Source: Eledone cirrhosa (Eukaryota). Taken from it: a stretch of 64,000 bases of DNA. Below the pieces are notes generated by a model, which made no database searches, was not told where the DNA came from, and saw only the letters and a list, made by a program, of their open reading frames with translations. The stretch covers positions 37,076,001-37,140,000 of the forward strand of contig OZ024759.1 of NCBI GenBank assembly GCA_964016885.1. The letters are read 5' to 3'. Positions 1-15,655 of the stretch are shown piece after piece. Position numbers and translations under genes: made by a program. How positions within the stretch are numbered: the stretch's first letter is position 1; each line of letters starts with the position of its first letter.

Positions 1-136
1 TGCACATATATATACACGCGCACATAATGGTCTCTGTCTTCGAGAGAGATTATCCAGGCCGAGGAGAGTCAATTGAAACTAGATGATACAAGGCCACAGG
101 TTTTAAACCTGGTTGCGTTGATCCGACGTGGCTTCT

Positions 137-410
137 GTCTTTACTCTACAATATAGGGTCCAATATGGCCGCAGTCTTTACTCTACAATATAGGGTCCAA
201 TATGGCCGCAGTCTTTACTCTACAATATAGGGTCCAATATGGCCGCAGTCTTTACTCTACAATGTAGGGCTCCAATATGGCCGCAGTCTTTACTCTACAA
301 TATAGGGATCAAACATGACTTGAGTCTTTACTCAGGAATGTGCGGATCCAATATTGCAACAGTCTTTACTCTAGAATAAAGTAATCCAATATGGCCGCAC
401 TCTTTACTAT
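137..410. repeat. 37-38 bp minisatellite, ~7-8 copies, decaying toward the 3' end
   Basis: gtctttactctacaatatagggtccaatatggccgca at 137, 174, 211, 248, 286 and onward. Confidence 0.95.
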
Positions 411-941
411 ATTTGTCTGCTCTGTGTGTGTGTGTGTGTGGCAGTAGAAGTAGTGGTGGTGGTGAAGTTCTAGAATTAGGGTTAAGTTGGATGAAGTGGA
501 GTTAGAATTGATTCTGAAATGCATCGGTTGCAATATAGGGTCAGCATTTTCATAGGATCAGGGACCTATGGAGAGTTTGTGGAGGGTGAGGAAGAGAGTG
601 GGGAGGAGGAGGAGGGCTAGAAATGTCTAATAAGGAATATGAATAAATAAAAAACTAAAGAAAAAGAAAATTGAAACCGACGGAAAAAAGACAAAAAATA
701 AAATCAGAAAGAAAATTTAAAACAAGATAAATAAGATAAGTAAATAAAAAGGAACAATAAAAAAGTGGTGATGGTGGGGTGGCGTACGTTGGGGTGTGGT
801 GGTGATGGAGGTGTGGGTGGTGACGCTGTGTGGAGTGGGGGTGAATGCAGCATCAAAAATCGATAGAGATAGAGAAATATTGTGAAGAGCAGAGGTTTCA
901 AGAGATGAGATATGTAGAGACTGAGGGGAATAGAAACATAG

Positions 942-987
<46 letters not shown>

Positions 988-1355
988 GGGGATAGAGAGA
1001 TTGGTAGAGAGAGGGAGAGAGAAAAAAAAGGAAAGTAAAATAAAGAGAGAAATAGAAGAGAAAAGGAAAGAGATAAAGAGAGTATTGGAAATTAGAAATA
1101 GTTGGAGGTGAAGGTGAAAAAAAACTCTGAAGAAATATGATCCAGAAGTGAATTAATTAATAGAAGTAAACAATATGGCGGTGGTATTACCCTGCTCTGG
1201 GCGGCCATTGTTATCAATTATCTGCCCTTGCAACAGATGACAGTTCAATGAATTTTACATTATATTTTATTTATTATACACCCTCAATATTTACACACAG
1301 TTTTAGCTTTATTTATATATGTATATGTATATGCGCGTTTTTGTCTATATCACAG

Positions 1356-1415
<60 letters not shown>

Positions 1416-1709
1416 TGTGTGTGTATATATGTAAACAAGAAGAACCAATATAGGGTGAAAAGCAGAACATTTTTGCTTAAACTTGAATCTGTACGAATAG
1501 CAAATATTTGGTCTACGGGTTTATATATATATATAAAATTGCTTTGTCTGACGAACGAATGGGACGTTTCTTGTATTCGTGTTATTCGGGAAACCTCTGG
1601 TAATGAGGTAATTATATTGTATTGTTTATTATACATTAAATTTAGCTCTGTAACTTACATAGAGCACTCTTCCCTCCTATGACTTTTTCAATTTTCAACG
1701 GAAACTTCA

Positions 1710-1751
<42 letters not shown>

Positions 1752-1762
1752 TATATATATAT

Positions 1763-2046
<284 letters not shown>

Positions 2047-2174
2047 TATATATATATAACTATATATAACTATATATATATATATATATATTTGCTCTAC
2101 GGTTCTTATATATTTGATATATATTTATCCTTATCGAGCCCTCTTTGGATTTTAGTCTTCAAATTTATTATTAT

Positions 2175-2249
<75 letters not shown>

Positions 2250-2497
2250 TTCTTTGAACGTGGCATTCAAAAGGTTACCTTGTGTGTGAATGTGTTTAAA
2301 CTTGATTCAAAATGATCACTTTATCAATCAGTAAGATGGAAATCGATACAATATATTCGTGTCTGAAATAAGTAATTGTGGGGGTGGGGGTCGATATTAT
2401 CAACTAAACCCCAAATATGCTGCACCAGTATGGCCACAGTACACTGATTAAAAACCGTTAAAAAACTGAAATGATAACTATACCCCAAACTCGAACT

Positions 2498-2578
<81 letters not shown>

Positions 2579-2666
2579 TCACATACACACCATCGTGCAT
2601 AAGCACAATCATATCTCTCTCCCTTCTATCTCTCTTTCTCTCTCCCTTTCTCTCTCTTGCCCTTCG

Positions 2667-2699
<33 letters not shown>

Positions 2700-2711
2700 T
2701 ATATATATATA

Positions 2712-2770
<59 letters not shown>

Positions 2771-2967
2771 TTAATACATTAACAGAGAAAGCTTTAAGCA
2801 ATAATCCGACCGGCTTCCGTCTCACTCAACAAACATTAGGATATACCTTAGTATAATCCCAATTTTACGTTTGGGGTGCTAACTATACGTATTTTGCGGA
2901 TAGCCAGTTGTATTATTTTATATGAGACATAATTAAAATACATCTCTCTTTCATGTATGTATATATG

Positions 2968-3007
<40 letters not shown>

Positions 3008-3133
3008 GCTTTGAAGAATTAGCTTTTAATGAATTCCCTTTTCTATCAACCAATGACCTCCACCTATCCCACTCCCTACCCTCTCCTACCACTTGAAGAG
3101 ACCTATAAATACCATACTTATTTTTTGATACCC

Positions 3134-3184
3134 AGATTCCTGATGATTTCTAAAGAATAAAACAGTTCTAGTCCTGTAGAATCT
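3134..3184 (+). ncRNA. Hammerhead motif with mutated core (GAAA>AAAA)
   Basis: agattc-CTGATGA-tttc taaa gaat-AAAA-cag ttctagtc ctGTA-gaatct. Stems I and III are intact. Paralog at 44434. Confidence 0.55.
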
Positions 3185-3869
3185 CATCTATATTAAAACT
3201 TATATATATATATATATGTATATGTATATATGTATATGTATGTATATGTATATATATGTATATATATATGTATATATATATATGCATATATATGTATATA
3301 TATACGTATATATACATATGTATATATATGTATATATACATATATATATATAAATACATATATATACACACACACATATCGATACAAATATAGACAGAGG
3401 CTCGTGCTAACAGTAACAACATCAATTAACGGTGTTTATCTAACAGTGAAATATCGACAAATCCGTGTTGATATCATTTTATCTCACTGTAAGACCATCA
3501 AAACTAAAATGGCGCATTTTCCAAGTTAAATTTACCAAATCGCTTCTGGACAACTTATTGATTTGATATGCAAACATGTCTTGTAGTCTTCTTTCGCTGT
3601 CGTTATTAATGGCTGTAGTTTGAGGGCACAATTGGATTACTGGGTGTGTATCGCTCTATAATTTACACACATTTGTTTATGTGTGTGTGTGTGTGTGTTG
3701 TGTGTATATGTCTCTCTTTGTTTGTGCCTAAATTGTGTTTGCGTGTGCGTTGATGTGTATATGTGTGTCGGTACAGAAATGAATATATGCCTTGTGCTTG
3801 CGTATACACGCACACACATATTATATATGTGGAAATTATATATTTATATATATACATACACACACACAC

Positions 3870-3911
<42 letters not shown>

Positions 3912-4160
3912 CTATGTATGTGTGTGTTTGTGTATATATATGTCTGTGTGTGTGTTGTGTTTGTATGTGTTTTGATGTGTATGTAAAGAAGTAAATACAT
4001 GCCTTGTGACTGCATATACACACTCACATATATATATATATATGTGTGTATGTATGTGTGTGTGTGTGTATGTTATATATGTGTTTGTTTGTCTGTGAGT
4101 TTCTGTATGTGTACACAAAGAATTGTGTGCCTACTTAGATATATGCAAACACAACACATA

Positions 4161-4275
<115 letters not shown>

Positions 4276-4530
4276 TATATATATATATATATATATTTGT
4301 AGGTGTGCTTTATCATAAAAACGTACATAAAGTCAAGCGTTAACTAAGTAAACGGCCAATACATAAGTAAAGCTTATTTATAGTGACTTCGAAGTCATTC
4401 AGAACATAAAAGCACGTAACAAAGTGTAGCAAAGTATTCTGTCAGATGCTCTACCGATTGTATTATGGTTAAATAACCAGGTTAAATTTGTTAACATAGA
4501 CACAATGCCATTAATTTGAAAAGAGGTGTT

Positions 4531-4765
4531 TCTATGGTCATGAATCTTGGATAATGACCGAAAGAAGACAATCGCGAATACAAGCGGCCAAAATGGGGTT
4601 CCCCCGAAGCGTCTTTGGAGTAACGTTACTTGATAGAGTGCGTAGCTCGGAGATCAGGGAGTCACTCCAGGTAGAGCCGCTACTTCTCCGAATTGAGGGA
4701 TCACCGCTCCGATGCTATGAGCATGTGGTTAGGATGTCTCAGGAAAGAATCGCTCGACCGATTAT
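4531..4765 (+). mobile_element. RTE-clade (Rex3/Expander-like) LINE ORF fragment
   Basis: YGHESWIMTERRQSRIQAAKMGF..VFGVTLLDRVRSSEIRESLQVEPLLLRIE..LRCYEHVVRM matches the post-RT region of RTE elements. Confidence 0.85.
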
Positions 4766-4915
4766 TTTTTTCCTTAATAAGTCTCCAGAAAAGTCTCCTT
4801 AATAAGTCTTTGGTTTCGGGGTCCAGTTATGGCCACCACTGTATATTTTAGCAGACACTTTTTAAACTGGCCCTTCTTTGGGCACGTGGACATATATATG
4901 AAAATGGAAGTACTT

Positions 4916-4987
<72 letters not shown>

Positions 4988-5181
4988 TATATGTGTGTGT
5001 GTCTTTGTATAAATACCGTACATCTTTGTTACTAAAACTACAGCTATTCTGAGGCTTTTTACAATCGTAAGCAGATAATCAACCATATGTACATGTGTAT
5101 ATATATATATATGTATATATGTGTGTGTGGAGGTAGATAGATAGATGAGTGTATGTGTGTGTTTAAGTGTATATCACACTA

Positions 5182-5236
<55 letters not shown>

Positions 5237-5394
5237 CTCACTGCAACTTCTGTTGCCATCACTACAGCTACCATAACAACAAGCGAGGTAATTCTGTTAT
5301 GTGTCCGCTATATTAACGGCCAGCCTTTTCCCTAATTCGATTTAACGAAGGTGCATATATATGTATACACATAAAACATATATATATACATAGA

Positions 5395-5435
<41 letters not shown>

Positions 5436-5607
5436 GAACACGGAATCGGTTTACTATAAATACATCGGTAAATTGCCCCCCCCCCCCCCCCCCCACACAC
5501 ACAGTCTATCTCCGTCTGTTAAACGCTGGAGGCTAGGAAAAACCGCAACAAGGCCAGCAGGCAATGACAATATTTTCCCCCGTTGCCTAATCTGCTGTAA
5601 GAATGTT

Positions 5608-5783
5608 CAGCCATCCATCTAGTCTACCATGCCTCCATCCCACCAGCCAGCCAACCTGCCATTCAGCCATCCATCTAGTCTACCATGCCTCCATCCCACC
5701 AGCCAGCCAACCTGCCATTCAGCCATCCATCTAGTCTACCATGCCTCCATCCCACCAGCCAGCCAACCTGCCATTCAGCCATC
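5608..5783. repeat. 56-bp tandem repeat x3 followed by degenerate (CCAT/CCAA)-rich sequence
   Basis: cagccatccatctagtctaccatgcctcc... at 5608, 5664, 5720. Confidence 0.9.
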
Positions 5784-6100
5784 TAACCCACCAGTATTCC
5801 AGCCAGCTAACCATTCAACTATCCAACCATACAATCAACCTTCCATACTTCCAACTATCCTACCAGCCTTCCATACATCCGACCAATCAACCAGCCATCC
5901 GACCAACCATCCAGCCATCCAACCATCCAACCGTCCAACCATCTATAATGAGCCCTACGGCTATTAAAGTAATTTCTGTTTCCAGACGTCCATTAGATGA
6001 CCACAGTGGCCAGAGAAAATTAGAAAGTAACTTTTAAATCTAGAGAAATAAGGTTGAAACATGGGAGAATTATAGGCCATTGTACCAAGTAGGAAGGGGT

Positions 6101-6188
<88 letters not shown>

Positions 6189-6817
6189 ACTGGAGTTCTG
6201 TGTCCTTCGTTCGTATTTTTATTTTTATCAAATATTTTTTTAAAGGTTTTTCCCCTTAAAAAAATTGTTTTATATATATATATATATCAGATTCCTCTTC
6301 AACACAGCTTCTCTCTCAGCTTATCCAAATTCTGCCTTTCTCTCACATTTACATTGCACATCTAATATATATATATATAGATAGATATAGATATAGCAAA
6401 GAAAGTGTGGTAGAAACCAGAGTACTCAATACTTAGGGTAGTAGAGTGGGTAATAGGAAAAGAGTCAGGACCCCTATGGCTGAGTTCCGTTCGGATCTAG
6501 CTGTCGGGGTCCTGACTCTTGATATATATATATGGTTGTGTGTGGGGAGGGTGTATATGTTCTTGTGACATCCGCATACAAGTAACAGCTAGTCAAATCG
6601 GTTAAGAAACACATACAGACATCCATCCATATATACATACATTACACAGACACATACATTGTATAGATATATACACATATATACATACATTACACAGATA
6701 TATACATATATATACATACATTACACAGACATACATACATTATATAGATATATACACATATATACATACATTACACAGACATACATACATTATATAGATA
6801 TATACATACATACATTC

Positions 6818-6870
<53 letters not shown>

Positions 6871-6877
6871 ACACACA

Positions 6878-6921
6878 ATACATTAGACAGTCACACACAC
6901 ACACACACAGTACATTAGACA

Positions 6922-6963
<42 letters not shown>

Positions 6964-8070
6964 GTCACACTCACACACAGTACATTAGACAGTCACACTC
7001 ACACACACACACACACAGTACATTAGACAGTCACACACACAGTATATTAGACAGTCACACTCACACACACACACACAGCACATTAGACAGTCTCACACAC
7101 ACACACACACACACACAGTACATTAGACAGTCACACAGACACACACACACAGTACATTAGACAGTCACACTCACACACACAGCACATTAGACAGTCTCAC
7201 ACACACACACACACAGTACATTAGACAGTCACACTCACACACACACACAGTACATTAGACAGTCATACTCACACACACACACACAGTACATTAGACAGTC
7301 ACACACACACAGTACATTAGACAGTCACACTCACACGCACACACAGTACATTAGACAGTCACACAGACACACACACAGTACATTAGACAGTCACACACAC
7401 TTACACACACAGTACATTAGACAGTCACACACACACACAGTACATTAGACAGTCACACACACACACAGTACATTAGACAGACACACACACAGTACATTAG
7501 ACAGTCACACACACAGTACATTAGACAGTCACACACACACACAGTAATTAGACAGTCACACTCACACACACACAGTACATTAGACAGTCACACACAGTAA
7601 TTAGACAGTCACACTCACACACACACACACACACACAGTACATTAGACAGTCACACACACACTATATTAGACAGTCACACACACACACACAGTACATTAG
7701 ACAGTCACACACACAGTACATTAGACAGTCACACACACACACACACACACACAGTACATTAGACACTCACACACACACACACAGTACATTAGACAGTCAC
7801 ACACACACACACAGTACATTAGACAGTCACACACAGTATATTAGACAGTCACACACACACACACAGTACATTAGACAGTCACACACACACACACAGTACA
7901 TTAGACACTCACACACACACACACAGTACATTAGACACTCACACACACACACACACAGTACATTAGACACTCACACACACACACACACAGTACATTAGAC
8001 ACTCACACAGACACACACAGTACATTAGACAGTCACACACACACACACACACACAGTAATTAGACACTCA
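6878..8070. repeat. Compound minisatellite: fixed agtacattagacagtc core separated by variable-length (CA)n
   Basis: About 40 near-identical cores with CA tracts of differing length between them. Confidence 0.95.
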
Positions 8071-9213
8071 CATAGACTAACTGATCGGTAGCAGTCAACC
8101 GTAAAACACTTGTCAAGGACAGATCGAATGATGATCAGACGAAATGAACAAAACGAAGGAGGGGGGGGGGGGGGAGACCAAACATCATTAGTGAGACGAG
8201 ATTGTGGTGGTGGTGGTGGTGGTGGTGATGTTGATAATGGTATTGGTGGTGATGGTGGCGGCGATAATGGTATTGATGGTGGTGGTAGTGACGGCGATAA
8301 TGGTATTGATGGTGGTGGTGGTGGCGGCGATAATGGCATTGATGGTGGTGATAGTGGTGGTGGTGACAGCTGCTGCTGATAATGTGGTAGTGGTGATGGT
8401 GATGGCAGTGGTCCTGACGGCGGAGGTGACGATCGTGATGGTGATGTCGATAGTTTTTGGTGATGGCTGTGGTTGTGGTGGTGGAGGCGGTGGTTGTGGT
8501 GGTAGTGGTGGAGGCGGTGACGTGGTGGTGATGGTGGTGGTGACGGCTGTGGAGATGGTGGTGGAGGCGGTGGTTATTGTGGTGTTGGTGGTAAAAAAAA
8601 AAGGAAGAGTCATGGGTGGGAGTGGATGGGAAGGTAAGTAAGGCTGGCGGTAATAAGGAATAGCGGAAGTGTTGAAAACTGATCTGGCAAGAATCGATAA
8701 TGCTTGCTGAAGTTAGCAGCTTTTCAGATCAGATATAACACAAAAGGTTTAGCAGTATTTGTCAATATTTTACTAGTTGCGACTGATACAACAACATTAA
8801 CAATATACTAAGATATACGATAGTCTACAACTACAACAGCCGTCACTCACAATAGAGAAGGACTTGGTAGTATGTACCATACTTTTACTAAAGGTTTAAA
8901 AGACCCCAGCAGTGGCTAGCAGAAACAACACCTTCACGACCAGCCGTCAGTCGCAATAGAGAAGGACTTGGTAGTATTTACATGATTTTACTATGTATAT
9001 ACACACACACACACACGTGTGTGTGTGTGTGTGTTTCGTTATTTGCCAGAGAGAGAGATAATAATAATAATAATTGTTTCTACTTTAGGCACAAGGCCAG
9101 CAATTACCCCAGTGCATTACTGGTACTTTATTTTATCGACCCCGTAAGGATGAAAGGCAAAGTTAATAATAATAACAATGATTGTTTCTATTTTAGGCAC
9201 AAGGCCAATAATA

Positions 9214-9289
<76 letters not shown>

Positions 9290-9404
9290 TCAAGTATCTG
9301 TCGATAGGGAAAAGGGAAACTGTTCAATGAGGCATGAGAGTTGATATATCAGATTATTTATTTATGTTTATACACGGAACAAAAGCCCATCCTAAGGTTC
9401 CAAG

Positions 9405-9468
<64 letters not shown>

Positions 9469-9542
9469 ATATATATACATATCATACATACATATACATA
9501 TCATACATACATACATACATACATACATACATACATACATAC

Positions 9543-9583
<41 letters not shown>

Positions 9584-9606
9584 TATGTATGATATGTATA
9601 TGCATT

Positions 9607-9685
<79 letters not shown>

Positions 9686-9843
9686 GATGTATATATGATA
9701 TGTATGTGTATATATATATATGTATATCACTCTATTGCGTGTTCAAGCCGACAGTCTGAGGCCATGCTGGGGCACCACCTTATTTATAATATTGTATTGT
9801 ATTGTTCTCCTGTAGTGTTTTTCCTTGTCGATTTTCTAATGTC

Positions 9844-9907
<64 letters not shown>

Positions 9908-9928
9908 GACGTGAGTCTACATGTTAGC

Positions 9929-10020
9929 ACATATCTGAGGAGCTCCCGATTCCAGAGTCAGGTTCGATCATTAATCGATCGTTTCTCGAGCTGAACGACA
10001 GTGAAACATATGTAATATGT
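9929..10020 (+). ncRNA. Type I hammerhead ribozyme motif with long stem II insert
   Basis: acatat-CTGAGGA-gct...(~60 nt)...agt-GAAA-catatGTA-atatgt. Stem I is a perfect 6 bp, stem III is palindromic catatg, triplet GUA. Confidence 0.6.
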
Positions 10021-10255
10021 AATTAAATATTTATATGATGTAACACTGATTCTTTGTTCCCTTATATATATATATATGTATATGTATGTATGTATGTATA
10101 TGTATGTATGTATGTATATATATATGTATGTATGTATATATACTATATGTATTTATATAACACGTGGAACATATAAAGGAAAGCAGAAAACTCGGAAGTG
10201 ACAAGCACATGGGTAATTGCCGCTCATCGACTGTATTCTAGAGATCATGTGTGTG

Positions 10256-10288
<33 letters not shown>

Positions 10289-10526
10289 ATGAATGTATGT
10301 ATATGTGCGAGTGTGTGTATGACCTATAGACAGATATCTGACATGTCATGCGTGTGTGTATATATATATATGTGTGTGTGTGTGTATGTATATGTGTGTG
10401 TGTATGTGTGTGTGTATGACCTATAGGCAGATATTTTCTGACATCGACCAAGCCGATAGTCACAGATAGACATATAGATAGACAGATAGATAGATAGATG
10501 GGTAGATAGATGGGTAGATAGATGGG

Positions 10527-10563
<37 letters not shown>

Positions 10564-11504
10564 GGGTAGATAGATAGATAGATAGATGGGTAGATAGATA
10601 GATGGGTAGATAGATAGATGGGTAGATAGATAGATTGATAGGCAGACAGACCGAAACAATTTATGAGTGAGGTGTATCATGTTTAAAATCCCTGAAAGAT
10701 AAAATTCGCTCGGCTTAATGTGGCTTGTATCATGAAGCAAATTAGCGCAGGGGGTCTGCACCTCCTTCTCATTGGCCCCCCCCTCTCTCTCTTCTTATCA
10801 CTGATGCCCTACTTACGACAATGTAGGGGGGTGTAGCGCTGTGAGGAGGGGTTAGGGCATGCCTAATTTTCATATTAGAGGGGAAGGGTGGGACGGTGGA
10901 GATGACGGAGGGAGTTGGGGCTATTGGCGATGGTGTTGATGAATGAAGTGGTGGTGTTTGTAGTGTTGGGGATGGAGGTGGTGTTGGTGATGATCGTGGT
11001 GGTGGTGTTGGTGATGAAAGAGGTGGTGGTGTTGGTGATGGATGTAGTGTTGGTGGTGTTGATGATAGTGGTGGTGTTGGGGATGAAGGAGGTGGTGGTG
11101 TTGGGGATGAAAGAGGTGGTGGTGTTGGTGATGGATGTAGTGTTGGTGGTGTTGATGATAGTGGTGGTGTTGGTGGAGATGGTGTTGGTGGTGGTGGTGG
11201 TGGAGGTGGCGGTTTTAGTGTTGGGGTGGTGGTAGGAGTACTTCAATAAACGTCTCCCATTAAGGCTAAATCTACAACGTAATTCAGTTAGTATTGACTT
11301 TGGGTTGTGTGTATATATGTATATACGCATACTTGTGTGTGTGTGTGTGTATATGTGTATATACGCACATACATGTGTGTGTATATGTGTATATATGCAT
11401 ACTTGTGTGTGTATATATAGATATATACATGTCTGTGTATATATCACATACTTGTGTGTGTATATGTGTATACATACAAACTTGTGTGTGTATATATATA
11501 TATG

Positions 11505-11560
<56 letters not shown>

Positions 11561-11636
11561 AAAGAATCAGAGCCCGACGGCTGAGCGCTTGTCGTTTCCA
11601 CAGATAATTCTATAGCTGTGGGTTAATGTGTGTGTG

Positions 11637-11673
<37 letters not shown>

Positions 11674-13386
11674 ATGTGTATCAGTGTGTGTGTGTATCAG
11701 TGTATATGTGTATCAGTGTGTATGTGTATCAGTGTGTGTGTGTATCAGTGTGTGTGTGTATCAGTGTGTATGTGTATCAGTGTGTGTGTGTATCAGTGTG
11801 TATGTGTATCAGTGTATATGTGTATCAGTGTATATGTGTATCAGTGTGTGTGTGAGACACAAAGAAATATTGACGCCATTATAAAACTTCAGATAAAATC
11901 CCGTTGTTTCACAATTTGTTCAAATATGTTTTACTTAATCATCAACTCGACCCAAGACCTGTCAGTAATATTTGGTAGACGGAAACTGTGTACGAAGCCT
12001 GTCGGATCGATTTACTCGTAATTCAAAGCTCCTGTCTTGTCACGTGGTATCTAGCTTAAGTAAATGTGTGTCTTCGGAATACTCAACCAGTTTACACAGT
12101 AATTTAATGTGTATGTTCTTTAAACAACTATGTACACATCATCTAAACTGACGTAAGACCCATAAATCACACACACATACAGATATACACACATACTCAC
12201 TCACATACACACACACATATATACACACTTACACATATACACACTTTCACACATACATACACACTCACGCATACATACACACACACTCTCACATATATAC
12301 ACACTCACACATACACACTCATACATACACACTCTCACATATATACACACTCACACATACATACACACTCTTACATACATACACACTCATACACACACAC
12401 TTTCATATATACACACACACACCCATAAAACACGCAAACACACATATATATATATCTACACACACACACACATATATATAGACACTCACATATATATACA
12501 CACTCTCACATGTATATACACATACACATTCTTATATAGACACACACATATAAAACATACGCAAACATATATATACACACACTCACATATATATATATAT
12601 ATACACACTCACATATATATATATACACACATATATATATACACACACTCACATACACTCACAAACACATACACACACAGTCGATATCTATAAAGTCTTG
12701 GGGCTAGTGCCTCCAGCATGGCCGCAGTATGACTGGGGGTGGGGGTAGTTCCTCTAACCATTATCGTCACAACTGTCACTAATATTACCACCACCACCAC
12801 CACTACCACCACCATCACCACCGCCCTAACCACCACCATCACCACCTCCACTACCACCTCCACTACCACCACCACTAGCACCACCACTAGCACCACCAAT
12901 ACAATCACCACCACCACCACCACCCTCACCACCACTACCACCACCATCACCACAACTGCCACTACCACCATCACCACCACCACCACCACCACCACCACCA
13001 CCACCACCATCACCACCACCACCACCACCACCACCACCACCACCACCACCACCACCACCACCACCACCACCACCACCACCATCACCAACACCATCACCAC
13101 CATCACCACCATCACCACCACCACCACCATCACCACCACCACCAACACCATCACCACCATCACCACCACTACCACCACTACCACCATCACCATCACCACC
13201 ACCACTACTATAATCACCATCACTATGTTTCTAGACAGACGGAAAGTTCACAAAAAAAAATGACCGACACACGCTAGAGATAGGTTTCGGTGCCAAACGT
13301 TCGGTCATTTCCGCCTTCTGTCGACTGATTCATCCCTGCACACCTCCCCCACTCCACCCTCTCTTTCTATCTGCACTACTCACTCT

Positions 13387-13428
<42 letters not shown>

Positions 13429-13667
13429 TCTCTATCTCTCTATCTATTTGCACCAGTCTCTCTCCCCCTCTTGTCGCTTCTCGAAGACACAAATCACACA
13501 CACGCACAAACACGCCTGTACACACGCACAAACACGCCTGTACACACACACAAACACGCCTGTACACACGCACAAACACGCCTGTACACACACACACACA
13601 TACACATAAACGCGCATGCACACACACATATACAGAAACACACACACACACACACACACATATAAAG

Positions 13668-13708
<41 letters not shown>

Positions 13709-14127
13709 AGCACGCATATACGTACACAAACATACACACAAGTACACACCCACACATACGCGTGCGCACCACCAGCAGGCCGCTTCACGCTTGGTGTGCA
13801 GCGACACCATGCGGCCACTGCTGCACACCCGTATCCACAGTCCCCTCCCTTCCAACTGTACCATCTGTCTAGTTTCTGGTGTTGGACATGGCGGGGGCAC
13901 TACTGACAGCAAAGGCCTGATAACATGGACCCTTCATATCCTTCTCTTTCTCCCTTTTCTCCCTCTCTCTCTCTCTTTCTCCATATATATATATATATTT
14001 ATATACACACATATATATATATATACTTATAGATATGTATATATGTATATTTGTATGTATACACGCGTCTTCGAGTATGGTTTGCTAATTTGTTGTGGGA
14101 CTAACTCTCTCTCTTTCTCTCTCTCTT

Positions 14128-14158
<31 letters not shown>

Positions 14159-14169
14159 GTGGCAAATAA

Positions 14170-14356
14170 CGAATGGCAGTATCGGTAGAGGGTCGGACAC
14201 CATGCTTTGCAGCACAGAGTTACGTCCCTTTCAGAACTGAGTTCAAATATCCCGCCGAGGTTAACTTTGCCTTTCATCCTTACGGGGTCGATAAAATAAA
14301 GTACCAGTAATGCACTGGGTAATTGCTGGCCTTGTCACAAAAGTAGAAACAATTAT
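14170..14356 (+). mobile_element. tRNA-derived SINE, same family
   Basis: Same head and body. Other copies or fragments at ~9075-9207(-), 19280-19470(-), 21003-21226(+), 22148-22341(-) and their triplicates, 28960-29060(-), 29079-29165(+), 32344-32515(+), 32652-32800(+), 34640-34790(-), 41725-41800(+), 41990-42260(+), 50750-50900(-), 52773-52990(+). Confidence 0.85.
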
Positions 14357-14367
14357 ATATATATATT

Positions 14368-14441
<74 letters not shown>

Positions 14442-15219
14442 AGTGTGTACATACATATATGGAGAGACTGTTTCATTCAAAAGAAATCTAATGTATTGAT
14501 TACCTTACTAACTATGGTTACCCCCAATTGAACCCGGGACTCACATATATAGATATTATAAAAATTGATTTGAATTAGTAAAATTGGCCATATTTTGACG
14601 ACAGAAAATTACCTGATAATTACTGTGGTAATAGCCTCCAACCAACACGGAAAAATGAGCATCAGTATAGGTGGGAATCGAACTCATACCTCGTATATAC
14701 ATGAGAGAGTGGCAGAGACCCTCTGTGTATGGATATATTGATGGATAGATGGATAGATAGATGAATAGATAGATAGATAGACAGACATTTGACAACTAAA
14801 TGAACGACGTGGCCTTCAGTTTCTATGTAATATATACCCGTATTTTGCACACGTTTAACACCCGCTTTTTAAGATAAGATGTGTTTGTGTGTGTGTATAA
14901 ATATATATATATATATATACACACACGCACACACACAAATATATCTTTGCGAAGATCACAAATCGGGGTATTACTCTGTGTGGTGGTGTTGGTGGTGGTG
15001 GAGAAGATGAGGCTATATTTAAACCTATACTTGCAGCATAGTTGACTCTGTTGAAGGCAAGAGCTCAGCTGTCGAGCCCCGACTCTTTCTAATATAGTGA
15101 CACTCTACTATCCCAAGTATCGAGTACTTTGTTGAATAATGGTCTAACTATATATCTATATAGTTTCAGAAGATCCCGTTAAGGGTGAAAGCAGCGATTC
15201 TTCGCTTAAATGTTAATGT

Positions 15220-15264
<45 letters not shown>

Positions 15265-15266
<2 letters not shown>

Positions 15267-15472
15267 CGTTAGCTGGACATGCTCACTGACATTCAGAGTT
15301 GACACTGCACTCAGTGGTCCTGTGGGAGCCCCTACACGGACACACTAGAAGGAGACCAAGGTTGGCATACTCCATCGCCTGCTTTTCTTCCATTTTCTCA
15401 TATCGGCAATGATGAAGGACAGAGACTGCTGGAGAGAACTCGTCCAAGGATCTCGGAAACTATTTCCGCCCT
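15265..15472 (+). mobile_element. RTE-type LINE 3' fragment (second family)
   Basis: Reads LAGHAH*HSEL..SVVLWEPLHGHTRRRPR. Its tail gacagagactgctggagagaactc is shared with 48665-48790. Confidence 0.6.
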
Positions 15473-15568
15473 ATATATATATTCATTGTTAATTTTATAT
15501 ATCTGCTGGGCACCCAAGCAATAGGACTTTTGTTTTTCCTGCCAATGGCATATCAAACATATTGGGTA

Positions 15569-15655
15569 TCATCTGAGGATACCGTTCTCATAACAACAGC
15601 TAATGCATGAAGGACATCTCGATTGCATGGAGAACCGTGGAAATAATCTTAATGA
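15569..15655 (+). ncRNA. Type I hammerhead-like motif with long stem II
   Basis: tcat-CTGAGGA-taccgttctc...gagaaccgtg-GAAA-taatcTTA-atga. Stem II is 10 bp with one mismatch. Stem III is weak. Confidence 0.5.

Noticed and set aside
6878-8070. CRISPR-like look: constant 16-bp repeat with variable spacers
   Set aside because: The spacers are only (CA)n of varying length, the context is eukaryotic, and there are no cas genes.
13745-13940. GC-richer unique stretch as COE first exon or small gene
   Set aside because: No COE similarity in any frame and no convincing donor. It may be UTR or regulatory, but the sequence alone cannot support a call.
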